From positions 1-38,473 of the forward strand of contig JBKBPW010000003.1 of assembly GCA_046292975.1 (NCBI GenBank): a stretch of DNA of 38,473 nt. Reading direction: 5' to 3'. The DNA is from Thermodesulfovibrionales bacterium (GTDB lineage: Bacteria; Nitrospirota; Thermodesulfovibrionia; Thermodesulfovibrionales; CALJEL01). This document shows positions 18,024-28,044 of the stretch, piece after piece. The translations under genes and the position numbers were made by a program. The notes beneath the pieces are model-generated. The model searched no databases. It saw nothing but the letters and a program-made list of their open reading frames with translations, and was not told the DNA's origin. Numbering within the stretch: position 1 is the stretch's first letter; every line of letters starts with the position of its first letter.

Positions 18024-18453
18024 TAAGAAGTGTACGCTCCTTTTTTCTCATCTTTTTAGCAGATTCCCTGTCCTTCTCATGGTCATACCCAAGAAGATGT
18101 AAAAGTCCGTGGATAAGCATGAATCTCAATTCATCTTTAAAAGAGACATGATTTTCTATTGCCTGTCTTTTGATCTGGTCTAAATTCAGGACTATGTCAC
18201 CTAAAATATAAGGCTGAAGGCTGAAGGCTAAAGGCTTAAAGCCTTCTGTTTGTGGAAAGGACAGGACATCAGTTGTTTTATCAATACCCCTGTAAAGCTT
18301 GTTAAGTTGCCTCATCCTTCTGTCTCCGACAAGATAGAGGCTTATCTCCACATCATCAAGCCTGAGGAGGTCAAGCAGGCTCAAGAGTTCTCTTTTCAAT
18401 AACTGGGGATTGGCTCTTTTCCTGGGGGCCTTTCTTATCAATATCCTTTTCAT
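17989..18453 (-). CDS. ybeY: rRNA maturation RNase YbeY
   Basis: LNKLYRGIDKTTDVLSFP, LGDI, IHGLLHLLGYDHE. Confidence 0.96.
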   Translation of the reverse strand: MKRILIRKAPRKRANPQLLKRELLSLLDLLRLDDVEISLYLVGDRRMRQLNKLYRGIDKTTDVLSFPQTEGFKPLAFSLQPYILGDIVLNLDQIKRQAIENHVSFKDELRFMLIHGLLHLLGYDHEKDRESAKKMRKKERTLLNALKKLDRKCK

Positions 18454-19882
18454 CAAATCTAAAACCTGGATAGTTTATCCTTTTGTGGAAGATGCCTGTC
18501 AAGGTATGGATAAAACTATTCTTTATCTCTTTGATCTCCTTGAAGGTGAAATCACATTCATCAAGCTGGCCTTCCATTATAATCCTGCCTATTATCCTTT
18601 CAACAAGTGAAGAGATTCTTGCAGGTGATGGCTCTGTAAGAACCCTTGATGATGCCTCAACAGCATCAGCCATCATTATCAGAGCAGCCTCTTTTGTCTT
18701 TGGTTTTGGTCCCGGATATTTATAATCTTCCTCCTTAACCTCTTCACCTGAGGCCTTTGCCTTTTCATAAAAATATGTTATAAGGGAATCTCCATGATGC
18801 TGCCTGATCACATCTATAACTGTCTCCGGGAGTTTGTACTGCCGTGCAAGTTCTGCACCTTCCTTTGCATGAGCTATTAATACGAGACTGCTCATATGAG
18901 GTGTTATATTCTCATGCCTGCTCTCACCGATCTGGTTTTCCACAAAATAATGGGGCATCTTGATCTTGCCTATGTCATGATAATAGGCACCCACCCTTGC
19001 AAGAAGCTTGTTGATCCTCAGATTCTCTGCAGCTGCCTCCACGAGATTTGCAACTATGACGCTGTGATGATATGTCCCTGGTGCATTTGTCATGAGTGCC
19101 TTCATAAGTGGATGGTCAACATCAAGAAGCTCAACAAGTGATATATCTGATGTAATATTAAAAAGATACTCTAAGACTGGAAGCATCAAAAATACAAAGG
19201 CTGCCACAACAAATCCTGACATGAAGGAAAAACCCAGGACATAAACAGAAGGTATATTAAGTATTGCTGCCTTTGAAAATAAAAATGAGGCTGCAACAAT
19301 AAGGTTTATAGCACCGACTATAAATCCTGCCTTCAGTATTGAAGACCTTCTCTTTGAATTAAGGATGCTGAAAGAGGCAACCATACTCCCTATAAAAAAA
19401 TATATTGAAAAAGAGGGGTCTTCAAGCCAGAGACCTGAAACCAAACTTATAATAAAGGAAAAAACAATGGCAGTATGAAAATCAAAAAGCAGTGTGGCAA
19501 GCATTGCACCTGCTGGAACTGGAAGAAGGTATGTATGTGCATCCTTATAGGTAATATCGAGACCCTTTGCCATAGCCATAAAAAGGTATTCAGAGAATCT
19601 TGACATAAACAGTGTGATAATCAAAAGGCAGGCAAGGGCAAGCATCATTCGCGCGTTTTCTATATAAGAGGGCTTATATCTCAATATATCCCGGTAAAAG
19701 ATATAAAGAAGAAAGAGGCTTACAAGGGTGTAACCTGCAAATAAGAAAAATCCCTTCCCGGTGTAAATGGAAAGGCTTACAAGGATAGCAGTTCCTGTAA
19801 GAGAAATAAGGTTTTTTCTACTTATAAATAGGAGGTTTTTTTCAGGAGGTCTGGTATTTTTCAGTCCGTTCGTATCTCTCAT
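18371..19882 (-). CDS. Multi-TM HDIG-domain phosphohydrolase (PgpH-like)
   Basis: Multiple TM helices; APGTYHHS, YYHDIGK...FVENQ, QHHG, YPGPKP, MADAVEA; phoH-HDIG-ybeY-dgkA context. Confidence 0.9.
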   Translation of the reverse strand: MRDTNGLKNTRPPEKNLLFISRKNLISLTGTAILVSLSIYTGKGFFLFAGYTLVSLFLLYIFYRDILRYKPSYIENARMMLALACLLIITLFMSRFSEYLFMAMAKGLDITYKDAHTYLLPVPAGAMLATLLFDFHTAIVFSFIISLVSGLWLEDPSFSIYFFIGSMVASFSILNSKRRSSILKAGFIVGAINLIVAASFLFSKAAILNIPSVYVLGFSFMSGFVVAAFVFLMLPVLEYLFNITSDISLVELLDVDHPLMKALMTNAPGTYHHSVIVANLVEAAAENLRINKLLARVGAYYHDIGKIKMPHYFVENQIGESRHENITPHMSSLVLIAHAKEGAELARQYKLPETVIDVIRQHHGDSLITYFYEKAKASGEEVKEEDYKYPGPKPKTKEAALIMMADAVEASSRVLTEPSPARISSLVERIIGRIIMEGQLDECDFTFKEIKEIKNSFIHTLTGIFHKRINYPGFRFDEKDIDKKGPQEKSQSPVIEKRTLEPA

Positions 19883-20786
19883 AAGCCCTTATAATTTCTT
19901 GAACAAGTCTGTGTCTGACCACATCTCTTTCAGTAAAATATACAAACCTTATTCCTTCAATACCTTTAAGGATTCTTTCAGCCTCAACAAGTCCTGAGAC
20001 CTTTCCTGCTGGAAGGTCTATCTGTGTAATGTCACCTGTTATTACGGTCTTTGAATTAAAACCAAGCCTTGTGAGGTACATCTTCATCTGCTCTGAGGTT
20101 GTGTTCTGCGCCTCATCAAGGATTATAAAGGAGTCATTAAGGGTCCTGCCTCTCATAAAGGCAAGGGGTGCAATCTCTATAACTCCCCTTTCAAGATACT
20201 TTGCCACCTTTTCAGGTTCCATCATATCAAAGAGTGCATCATAAAGTGGCCTTAGATAAGGACTCACCTTTTCCTCAATATCACCGGGAAGAAATCCCAA
20301 TTTCTCACCTGCCTCCACAGCAGGTCTTGCAAGTACTATCCTTGTAACCTGTTTTTTCAAAAGGGCATTCACTGCCATTGCCATTGCAAGATAGGTCTTT
20401 CCTGTTCCGGCAGGACCTATACCGATAACAATATCATAGTTCTTTATGGCCTCAATATATTCCCTCTGAGTCTCTGTCTTCGGAACAATAAATCTCTTTT
20501 TTGAGGAGACAGGGACATTACTCATAAAGAGGTTCTTGAGGGATGGCTCTCCTTCAGAGGTCTCTATGGCGTAGCGAATATCTTCGGGTTTTATAGAATA
20601 ACCTTCTGAACTTATCTCTTTAAGCTCTTCTATAATCTTTCTTGCCTTATGACAAGATTCTTCCTCACCCTTGATTATTATCTTATTGCCCCTTGCACTG
20701 ATAATTACATCAAGGGTATCCTCTATTGCCTGTATGTTCTTTCCGAAGACTGAATGAAGATATTCATAATCTTCATCAGTCTTCAA
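19842..20786 (-). CDS. phoH: PhoH family ATPase
   Basis: GPAGTGKT, RPAVEAGEKLGFLPGD, AFMRGRTL, DEAQN, GDITQIDL. Start codon uncertain. Confidence 0.95.
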   Translation of the reverse strand: MKTDEDYEYLHSVFGKNIQAIEDTLDVIISARGNKIIIKGEEESCHKARKIIEELKEISSEGYSIKPEDIRYAIETSEGEPSLKNLFMSNVPVSSKKRFIVPKTETQREYIEAIKNYDIVIGIGPAGTGKTYLAMAMAVNALLKKQVTRIVLARPAVEAGEKLGFLPGDIEEKVSPYLRPLYDALFDMMEPEKVAKYLERGVIEIAPLAFMRGRTLNDSFIILDEAQNTTSEQMKMYLTRLGFNSKTVITGDITQIDLPAGKVSGLVEAERILKGIEGIRFVYFTERDVVRHRLVQEIIRAYERYERTEKYQTS

Positions 20787-20817
20787 TTCAAATTCTAAGG
20801 TAACCGTTTTATTAACC

Positions 20818-21405
20818 TCACTTTTTAATAATTATAGAGTCAATTCCATAAAGTTTCCTGATCCTTGTCTGTGCAAGGAGTGCCTCTTTCCTGGTCTTAA
20901 AGGCTCCCACATAGACCCTGTAAACAGAAGAACCATCTTTTTTTATTATAACATCAAACGACGGACTAACAGTAGTCTCCTTCTTAAGGTTATCCCTGAG
21001 TTTTATAGCCCTTGATTCCTCTTTGAATGCCCCTACCTGTAGATAATAGGCATCCTTTTTGAACGACACCTCTTTTTGTGACTGCGAACTCTGGGGCTGT
21101 TCTTTCTTTACAGGCTGTGCTGTCTGTGAAGCAGGTTTTTCTGACACAGGGCTTGAAGGACTTTTCTCCTCCTTTTCTTCCGCAGCCAACTGTTTTTCTT
21201 CTGCCTGAGGTGGCGAAGTAACAGTTGATTGTAAACCCGATTGAGGCCCTGAAATCTCCTGCCTGTTCTCAGAAGGTCCTATCTTTGGAGCTGAATAGCG
21301 ACCAACAAAATAACCAAAGGTAAAACTTATGGTAGTCACAAGGACGATTATGCCTATAACAACCGACCTATTAAGGACTATAAGTGAGCCTTCTCTTTCT
21401 TTCAT
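20818..21405 (-). CDS. SPOR-domain protein (FtsN/DedD-like)
   Basis: N-terminal TM, low-complexity linker, YYLQVGAF...YRVYVGAF SPOR domain. Confidence 0.88.
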   Translation of the reverse strand: MKEREGSLIVLNRSVVIGIIVLVTTISFTFGYFVGRYSAPKIGPSENRQEISGPQSGLQSTVTSPPQAEEKQLAAEEKEEKSPSSPVSEKPASQTAQPVKKEQPQSSQSQKEVSFKKDAYYLQVGAFKEESRAIKLRDNLKKETTVSPSFDVIIKKDGSSVYRVYVGAFKTRKEALLAQTRIRKLYGIDSIIIKK

Positions 21406-22409
21406 ATTATGAACATAGCATCACCATAGGAAAAAAATCTATATCCTCTGGCAATAGCCTCCTTATAAGCCCTTTTTAAATTCTCAGCACCTGCAAAGGC
21501 TGAGCTGAGGATGAGTGGTGTTGACCGTGGAAGATGAAAATTGGTAATAAGGCCATCTATTACCTTAAATTCATAGCCTGGATAGATAAAGATATCTGTA
21601 GAGCCCTTTATGACTCCATTATAAGAAAGCTCTTTATACCTTCCTGAAGCATAACCTTCAAGTGCCCTGGTGGTGGTTGTGCCAGTGGATATGACCCTTC
21701 TACCTCTTGCCTTAACCTCCCTGATTTCTCTAAAAAGCAAGGATGGTATCTCAAATATCTCCTCTTCCATCTTATGCTCCTCTATGCTCTCTGTCCTCAC
21801 AGGTCTGAATGTGCCAGGACCCACATGAAGCGTGATCTCCCTTATAAGAATGCCTTTTCTACGGAGGCCTTCAAGTATCTCCTCTGTAAAATGCAATCCT
21901 GCTGTTGGTGCTGCTATGGATCCAGGTACCTCTGCATATACAGTTTGATACCACTCTTTATCCTCTGGCAATGGCCTTCTTTTGATGTAAGGTGGAAGAG
22001 GCATCTGACCTTTATTCCAGAGTATCTCATTTAAGTCACCACTGTATAGGAGCCTCGCCTTGCCACCACCAAGAAGCTCTATCTTGAGCTCCTCTGAAAC
22101 AGTAATGATACCTTTATAGTCATCTCTTGAAAGTATGAGCCAGTATCCATCTTCCAGTGGCCTCACAAGCAATAGCACTATCCTTCCACCAGTTGGTTTT
22201 CTTCCCTCAAGTCTCACAGGGAGAACCTTTGTATTGTTGAGGACAAGCATATCCCCCTGGTTAAGAAACTCTCCTATCTCAGAAAATTTCCTGTGAAGGA
22301 TTGTGCCATCCTTTCTAAGCACAAGGAGACGGGACAGACCTCTTTTTTCAGGAGGCCTTTGAGCTATAAGACCTGAAGGAAGTTCAAACTCAAACTCCTT
22401 AAGGGTCAT
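21402..22409 (-). CDS. queA: S-adenosylmethionine:tRNA ribosyltransferase-isomerase
   Basis: IAQRP, PLPPYIKR, YQTVYA..GSIAAPTAGLHF, TNFHLPRST, YRFFSYGDAM. Confidence 0.98.
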   Translation of the reverse strand: MTLKEFEFELPSGLIAQRPPEKRGLSRLLVLRKDGTILHRKFSEIGEFLNQGDMLVLNNTKVLPVRLEGRKPTGGRIVLLLVRPLEDGYWLILSRDDYKGIITVSEELKIELLGGGKARLLYSGDLNEILWNKGQMPLPPYIKRRPLPEDKEWYQTVYAEVPGSIAAPTAGLHFTEEILEGLRRKGILIREITLHVGPGTFRPVRTESIEEHKMEEEIFEIPSLLFREIREVKARGRRVISTGTTTTRALEGYASGRYKELSYNGVIKGSTDIFIYPGYEFKVIDGLITNFHLPRSTPLILSSAFAGAENLKRAYKEAIARGYRFFSYGDAMFII

Positions 22410-23440
22410 CTTAACCTTCCGATCTTCACACCAGGATAAAAGTAAAAAAGGATCTCCCTGTAGTCCTTTCCTTCCATAACCATATCAAGACTGCTCCACT
22501 GGGAAAGACCCACCCCATGACCATAACCACTTCCCAGAAATATTATATAATCCCCTTCCCTTTTAAGCTCAAAATTTGTGCTTGGCAGGACCTGCCATCC
22601 AAGAAGCCTTCTCAGGTCAGTAGCCTTTATTCTTTTTAATCCTGAAGAGGTCCTGATCTCCAGTTCCTTAGCCCTACCTGTAGAGGTTCTGCTGAGGATA
22701 ACTATATTATTTATACCATAAATACCTGTTGCCCTTTCTATATCCTTTATAGGAATGCTCCTTTGCCAGGACTCATAGGGTGAAAGTCTTGCTGTCACCT
22801 TAACAGGTCTGATATAAGAATATTTTTTCCCGAAGACCTCTTCTGGTTCTTCTGTAAATTGAGAGGAGGTAGAATGGTAAAGTGCTTCTATTGGTTCTCC
22901 ATTAAAAATCAGTATCTCACCCTTTGTCTCCTCCACTGCCTGAACTATCCTCTCATCATAAGGCCCATTTTTAAATACCTGATGTAATACAGAAGTTGTA
23001 AGATGAAAAGGTAGACCTGCCCTTTTCTTCATATGATAAACTGCATAGGTTCTGGCAATCACTGCCTGGACCTTATAGGCCTCAATGGGCCAGTCCTTAC
23101 CTGATTCAGCAGCAACAACCCCTTTCACATATTCCTCAAGGGGAATCTCATTAATGAGATATATTTCATCAATTTCTTTCCATACCTCCGCAGTCCCTTT
23201 AAATTCTGCTCCATTTATAAGCAGGGAACCCTCAAGCCTTCCAAGATACTGAAGATTACGAGGTATTTTTTCTACATCTTCAAGAAGGAGAACCCTTACT
23301 GAAGGGCCTTCAATAGAATGAACAGAGGCACAGGAAAGAAAGAGAAGGACCAGACTCAAAAAAGAGATTGAGGAAATATAAAGGTGATTTATCTTAAGCC
23401 TTCCAGACAATAACATCCCTTTTCTGTTCCTGTTGCTCAC
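22406..23440 (-). CDS. SpoIID/LytB-domain lytic transglycosylase (probable lipoprotein)
   Basis: FLSC lipobox; LEEYVKGVVAAE, QAVIARTYA, GSGYGHGVGLSQW. Confidence 0.9.
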   Translation of the reverse strand: MSNRNRKGMLLSGRLKINHLYISSISFLSLVLLFLSCASVHSIEGPSVRVLLLEDVEKIPRNLQYLGRLEGSLLINGAEFKGTAEVWKEIDEIYLINEIPLEEYVKGVVAAESGKDWPIEAYKVQAVIARTYAVYHMKKRAGLPFHLTTSVLHQVFKNGPYDERIVQAVEETKGEILIFNGEPIEALYHSTSSQFTEEPEEVFGKKYSYIRPVKVTARLSPYESWQRSIPIKDIERATGIYGINNIVILSRTSTGRAKELEIRTSSGLKRIKATDLRRLLGWQVLPSTNFELKREGDYIIFLGSGYGHGVGLSQWSSLDMVMEGKDYREILFYFYPGVKIGRLR

Positions 23441-23664
23441 TTCAACCTTCCAATTATATAAAGTATTAGGCTCAAAATAAGACTGAGTATGAGGCCTGTC
23501 ATAAGGGGAAAATAAAAGGTAAAATTCTTCTTTCTTATAATAATATCTCCTGGAAGCCTTCCTATATAAGGAAGTTTTTCGGAAAACAACAGTAACAGGC
23601 CCAAACCCACAAGCAAAAGACCTGCTAAAATAATAAACCTTCCTATGTCACCAAGGCCATTCAT
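23437..23664 (-). CDS. DUF2905 family small membrane protein
   Basis: GRLPGDI..R.KNFTFYFP flanked by two TM segments; ruvB-queA context. Confidence 0.9.
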   Translation of the reverse strand: MNGLGDIGRFIILAGLLLVGLGLLLLFSEKLPYIGRLPGDIIIRKKNFTFYFPLMTGLILSLILSLILYIIGRLK

Positions 23665-23724
23665 ACCGTCAAAGATTGACCTCTCTGTCTTATCTGCTTC
23701 TCAACTACGTAATGACATAAGCCA

Positions 23725-24381
23725 CTACTCATTACGCAATCTCCTGTTGTTTTGCTGTTTTGCTGCTTTCCCTCGCTCAACTTTTGAAAATATACATCCA
23801 CAGTATTTCTGTCTGTAAAGTCCCATTTCTCTTGAGACATTGAGGGCCTCTCTGTAGCCTGGTCTGAAGTCCTCAGGGAAAAATTCAATATTATACTTCT
23901 GGGCCAGTTCATTTCCTGTATTAACTATTAATTCAAAATTCTGATAGGGACTCACAAGAAGTGTGGTGCTGAAGGCATCAAATCCATTGTCTTTTGCAGC
24001 CCTTGCGGTCTCTTCAAGCCTGAGCCTGTAACAGTGCTGGCATCTCTTGCCAAGGGAGGCTTTATCCAGAATAGAATGGAGATCTGGATTTTCAAAGGTG
24101 TAGAAGTCTTCCCTGCTACTGAGCTCCTGAGCTAAGAAAACCTCTGAACTCTCTAAGAATCCCCTTAAAAAGAGCTCCATGTCATAGGTATCGTTATACA
24201 TAACAGGGAATCTCCATTGTTCAGAAAGTCTTTTCAGTGAAGCGAGTCTCAGATTATATTCCTCAAAGGGATGTATGTTTGGATTAAACCATAGCCCTGT
24301 AAGGTCTATACCGCGGCTCCTTAATCTCTGAACCGGATATATTGAACAATTGGCACAGCATGTATGTATAAGTAGCCTCAT
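23725..24381 (-). CDS. queH: Epoxyqueuosine reductase QueH
   Basis: [52 protein letters not shown]. Confidence 0.93.
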   Translation of the reverse strand: MRLLIHTCCANCSIYPVQRLRSRGIDLTGLWFNPNIHPFEEYNLRLASLKRLSEQWRFPVMYNDTYDMELFLRGFLESSEVFLAQELSSREDFYTFENPDLHSILDKASLGKRCQHCYRLRLEETARAAKDNGFDAFSTTLLVSPYQNFELIVNTGNELAQKYNIEFFPEDFRPGYREALNVSREMGLYRQKYCGCIFSKVERGKAAKQQNNRRLRNE

Positions 24382-25403
24382 ATGCCAAAAAGGCCTCCTG
24401 TCTTTGTAAGACCAAGATGTTCATAGGCCTGTCTTGTGGCAAGCCTTCCCCTGGGCGTCCTCTCAATAAGGCCTTCCTGCATGAGAAAGGGTTCATAGAC
24501 ATCCTCTATGGTATCCTTTTCTTCCCTTAATGATGCGGAGAGACTTTCTATACCAACAGGACCTCCACCAAATTTTTCTATTATGACCCTCAGCAGTTTT
24601 CTATCCATCTCATCAAGTCCTTTCTCGTCAACATCAAGGGCATTAAGTCCATATCTGGCAATTTCGAGGTCAATGGTGCCATTGCCCTTAACCTCTGCAA
24701 AGTCCCTTATCCTTCTCAGTAATCTATTTGCAATCCTCGGAGTCCCTCTTGAACGCCTTGCTATCTCAAAGGCTGCATCCTCTTTTATGGAGATATTCAG
24801 TATCCTTGCAGACCTGAGTACTATGGTTGCAAGCTCATCTGGTTTATAAAATTCAAGCCTCATGAGAATACCGAATCTATCCCTTAAGGGAGAGGTAAGA
24901 AGACCTGTCCTTGTTGTTGCACCAATAAGTGTAAATCTTGGAAGATTCAATTTCAAAGTCCTTGCACTTGGCCCCTGACCTATTATAATGTCAAGCTGAA
25001 AGTCCTCCATTGCTGGATAAAGGATCTCTTCAACAATCCGTGGAAGCCTGTGTATTTCGTCAATGAAAAGCACATCCCTGTCTGAAAGATTGGTGAGTAT
25101 CGCTGCAAGATCTCCAGGTCTTTCAAGAACAGGACCTGAGGTGGTCTTTATATTTACACCGAGTTCATTGGCAATTATGTTTGCCAGTGTTGTCTTACCT
25201 AAACCAGGCGGACCTGAAAAGAGTATATGGTCAAGGGACTCCTGCCTCTGGGTAGCTGCCTTAATAAATATGGAAAGATTCTCCTTGAGCCTCTCCTGGC
25301 CAATAAACTCATTAAGGCTCCTCGGCCTGAGGGTTATCTCAAACTGGGCCTCTCCCTCCTTTTTTAAAGGTGTTATCTCCCGCTCAATATCCTTTGTTTT
25401 CAT
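24378..25403 (-). CDS. ruvB: Holliday junction branch migration helicase RuvB
   Basis: [41 protein letters not shown]. Confidence 0.99.
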   Translation of the reverse strand: MKTKDIEREITPLKKEGEAQFEITLRPRSLNEFIGQERLKENLSIFIKAATQRQESLDHILFSGPPGLGKTTLANIIANELGVNIKTTSGPVLERPGDLAAILTNLSDRDVLFIDEIHRLPRIVEEILYPAMEDFQLDIIIGQGPSARTLKLNLPRFTLIGATTRTGLLTSPLRDRFGILMRLEFYKPDELATIVLRSARILNISIKEDAAFEIARRSRGTPRIANRLLRRIRDFAEVKGNGTIDLEIARYGLNALDVDEKGLDEMDRKLLRVIIEKFGGGPVGIESLSASLREEKDTIEDVYEPFLMQEGLIERTPRGRLATRQAYEHLGLTKTGGLFGI

Positions 25404-25407
25404 TTTA

Positions 25408-25980
25408 CTAATCCTGACCTGTAAGAAGCTTTAATGCCTCTTTTATTATATCCTCAAACTCAACAAGGCCTTTTTTCTGCACCTTTTCAATTGCCTCTTT
25501 TGCCTCAGCCTTCTGGTAACCAAGGTTTACGAGCGCAGATATCGCATCATGATAAAGGCTATCCTCTTTTTTTATTTTATCAGGAAGCTTGTCTCTAAGT
25601 TCAAGGATCAGTCTCTGGGCAGTCTTTTTACCAAGGCCAGGTATTCTGGTAAGTCTTCTTATGTCCTCATCTTCTATTGCCTTTCTTAATGCTTCTGGCT
25701 CAAGATATGAGATAATATTGAGCGCAGTCTTTGGACCTATACCATTTACATTGAGAAGTGTTGAAAAGATATCCTTTTCTTCTTCTGTAAGGAAACCATA
25801 AAGTTGAAGGCTATCTTCCTTTAAAACTGTATGGGTATAAAGAAAAATCTCATGGTCTATTGTCTTTAGTTTTTCAAAGGTGCTCAGCGGGATATGAACA
25901 TTGTATCCAACACCTGCCACATCCACAATTATAATATCAGGTGACCTTTTCAGCAGTCTGCCCCTGAGTGTTCCTATCAT
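25408..25980 (-). CDS. ruvA: Holliday junction binding protein RuvA
   Basis: [43 protein letters not shown]. Confidence 0.98.
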   Translation of the reverse strand: MIGTLRGRLLKRSPDIIIVDVAGVGYNVHIPLSTFEKLKTIDHEIFLYTHTVLKEDSLQLYGFLTEEEKDIFSTLLNVNGIGPKTALNIISYLEPEALRKAIEDEDIRRLTRIPGLGKKTAQRLILELRDKLPDKIKKEDSLYHDAISALVNLGYQKAEAKEAIEKVQKKGLVEFEDIIKEALKLLTGQD

Positions 25981-26528
25981 CTTTTCCTCAAAGAAAAGTT
26001 AATTCCTGATCTCTGATTTTCAATCTCCGACCTCCGAATCCTCAACTCTGAATTCTGTCTATGGGCATGACATAGGCATAATGCAAGGGCATCAGAACTA
26101 TCATGAGGTGGCTTTCTATTAAGGGATAACAGAAACTTTACCATTTCGCTCACCTGATTTTTTTCTGCCCTTCCATAACCAACGACAGCCTTCTTTACCT
26201 CAAGTGTTGAATATTCATAAAGAGGAATATCATGATTTGCAATAACAAGAAGTGCAATCCCCCTTGAATAACCAAGACTGATGGTTGCCTTTATCCCTTT
26301 TGCAAAAAATATTTTTTCTATTACTGCCACATCTGGCTTATATTGTCTGATTATCTCTTCAAGACCATTATATATGAACTTCAGACGATCCTTAAGGGGT
26401 TTTGAATTAGAAACCTTTAAGACACCTGAGCTAATGTATTCATAGTTTCCATTTTCTTCTCTTATAATCCCATATCCAAAATTAACTGTCCCGGGATCAA
26501 TCCCGAGGATTGTCAGAGACCCCTCCAT
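25977..26528 (-). CDS. ruvC: Holliday junction resolvase RuvC
   Basis: ILGIDPG, AVIEKIFF, VKKAVVGYGRAEKNQV, DSSDALALCLCH. Start set to ATG 26528, just after the gmhA stop. Confidence 0.97.
   Translation of the reverse strand: MEGSLTILGIDPGTVNFGYGIIREENGNYEYISSGVLKVSNSKPLKDRLKFIYNGLEEIIRQYKPDVAVIEKIFFAKGIKATISLGYSRGIALLVIANHDIPLYEYSTLEVKKAVVGYGRAEKNQVSEMVKFLLSLNRKPPHDSSDALALCLCHAHRQNSELRIRRSEIENQRSGINFSLRKR
26004..26059. repeat. Degenerate heptamer tandem repeat forming the RuvC C-terminal tail
   Basis: tcctgat|ctctgat|tttcaat|ctccgac|ctccgaa|tcctcaa|ctctgaa|ttctgtc. Confidence 0.7.
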
Positions 26529-26532
26529 AGAA

Positions 26533-27117
26533 CTATCTCTTCCTTGGTGTCTCAAAGAGTATCTCCTCCACCATCTGGCAGAGGATATGACCAAGGGTTA
26601 TGTGGGTTTCCTGAATCCTTGGAGTATCATCCGAAGGGACCACGAAGGCATAATTGACCTTTGAGGCGAGCTTTACACCCTTTATACCTGTAAAGGCTAC
26701 TGTCTTGAGTTTTCTTTTCTTTGCCACATCAACTGCCTTAAGCACATTTGGTGAATTGCCGCTCGTGCTTATAGCAATCACAATATCGCCTTCATTTGAA
26801 AGAGATTTAAGCTGCCTTGCAAAGACCTCACTGTAGTCATAATCATTGGCAATAGATGTAATAACAGCTATATCAGTATTCAATGCCATTGCAGGGAGTC
26901 CCGGCCTTTCACGCTTAAACCTGTTAACAAACTCGGCAGCTATATGGGAGGCATCAGTGGCACTGCCACCATTTCCAAAAAGGATAAGTTTATTCCCCTC
27001 ATCAAAGGCATTTGCAATAACCTTTGAGACCTCAATAATCTTATCGATATTGTCCCTGAAGAAACCCTCTTTAACAGCAATACTATCCTGATAGGCCTTT
27101 ATTATCTTATCTCTCAT
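26533..27117 (-). CDS. gmhA: D-sedoheptulose 7-phosphate isomerase
   Basis: GNGGSATDASHIAAEFVNRF, IANDY, ISTSGNSPNV, RIQETH; start ATG 27117. Confidence 0.96.
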   Translation of the reverse strand: MRDKIIKAYQDSIAVKEGFFRDNIDKIIEVSKVIANAFDEGNKLILFGNGGSATDASHIAAEFVNRFKRERPGLPAMALNTDIAVITSIANDYDYSEVFARQLKSLSNEGDIVIAISTSGNSPNVLKAVDVAKKRKLKTVAFTGIKGVKLASKVNYAFVVPSDDTPRIQETHITLGHILCQMVEEILFETPRKR

Positions 27118-27124
27118 TAAAAAA

Positions 27125-27154
27125 ATGATACTCAATGAGATATAAATATGTCAA
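27125..27154 (-). promoter_or_regulatory. Sigma-70 promoter of the gmhA-ruv-que operon (probably gives a leaderless mRNA)
   Basis: Minus strand TTGACA (27154-27149), 18-nt spacer, TATCAT (27130-27125); ATG 7 nt downstream with no SD. Confidence 0.7.
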
Positions 27155-27282
27155 CTTTATCACAATTTGCAAATAAAAAGGCTGCATCTCTGAATAATAT
27201 TTTTGTTTAGGAAGGCTATTTTATTTTGCTCAGATTCCTAAGATGAAGCAACGATTCGGTTTTTTAGAGGTAATTCGTTTTT

Positions 27283-27311
27283 TTGACAATCTTACCTTCA
27301 GTTTCTATATT
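27283..27311 (+). promoter_or_regulatory. Sigma-70 promoter for the DUF3047 gene
   Basis: TTGACA (27283-27288), 17-nt spacer, TATATT (27306-27311). Confidence 0.65.
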
Positions 27312-27366
27312 ATAATATAATAATATTGAAGAAATTTAAAAGGAAATTTTAAGTCATCAATAAGAA

Positions 27367-28044
27367 ATGGAAGGGCTGGGCAGTATGGCAAGATTAGCTG
27401 TCTTCATGTGGATAATTCTATTACTTGCCTGCTTTATCACATCGGGGTATGCTGAAGAGAAAGTAGAGATATCTTTTGAAGGAAGCCAGGGTGGTAATGG
27501 TGTTCCTCGTGGATGGAAGCTTAAAGAGAAAACAGGAGAGGCAGAGTTTAAAATTCTGACAGAAGATAGCGAAACAATTGCGTATTTCAGAAATGTTTCA
27601 GCTTCATTTTCTCTTGAGAAACCTCTAAATCTTGAGCCAAAACGATATCCCTATATTTCATGGAAGTGGAAAGTCCTCAGACTTCCAGCAGGTGGAGATG
27701 TAAGATTAAAAGGAAAAAATGACCAGGCAGCCCAGCTATTGATTGCCTTCAAGGGAGGGAAAATAATAAGTTACATCTGGGATACTGTAGCTCCTGAAGG
27801 TTCTATCTCTGATGAATCCATCGGATGGCCGGTTAATCTAAAAATAAAGGTCATCACAATAAAATCTGGGGCCTCTGATCTCAATAAATGGGTTTCCTTT
27901 AAAAGGAACATTGTTGAAGATTATAAAAAATTATTTCAAGAAGATCCACCGGTAATTGAAGGAGTAAGGATCCAGATAAACTCTCAGCATACAGGAACAG
28001 TGGCAGAGACCCTCTTTGGAAAAATCATATTATCATCTGAATAA
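27367..28044 (+). CDS. DUF3047-domain exported protein
   Basis: Signal peptide; YPYISWKWKV..LP.GGD, ND.AA, ISYIWD, WVSFKRNIVEDYKKLF. Confidence 0.85.
   Translation: MEGLGSMARLAVFMWIILLLACFITSGYAEEKVEISFEGSQGGNGVPRGWKLKEKTGEAEFKILTEDSETIAYFRNVSASFSLEKPLNLEPKRYPYISWKWKVLRLPAGGDVRLKGKNDQAAQLLIAFKGGKIISYIWDTVAPEGSISDESIGWPVNLKIKVITIKSGASDLNKWVSFKRNIVEDYKKLFQEDPPVIEGVRIQINSQHTGTVAETLFGKIILSSE

Noticed and set aside
23661-23912. 83-aa ORF overlapping the queH 3' end
   Set aside because: Mostly overlaps queH in another frame and has no recognisable motif or SD
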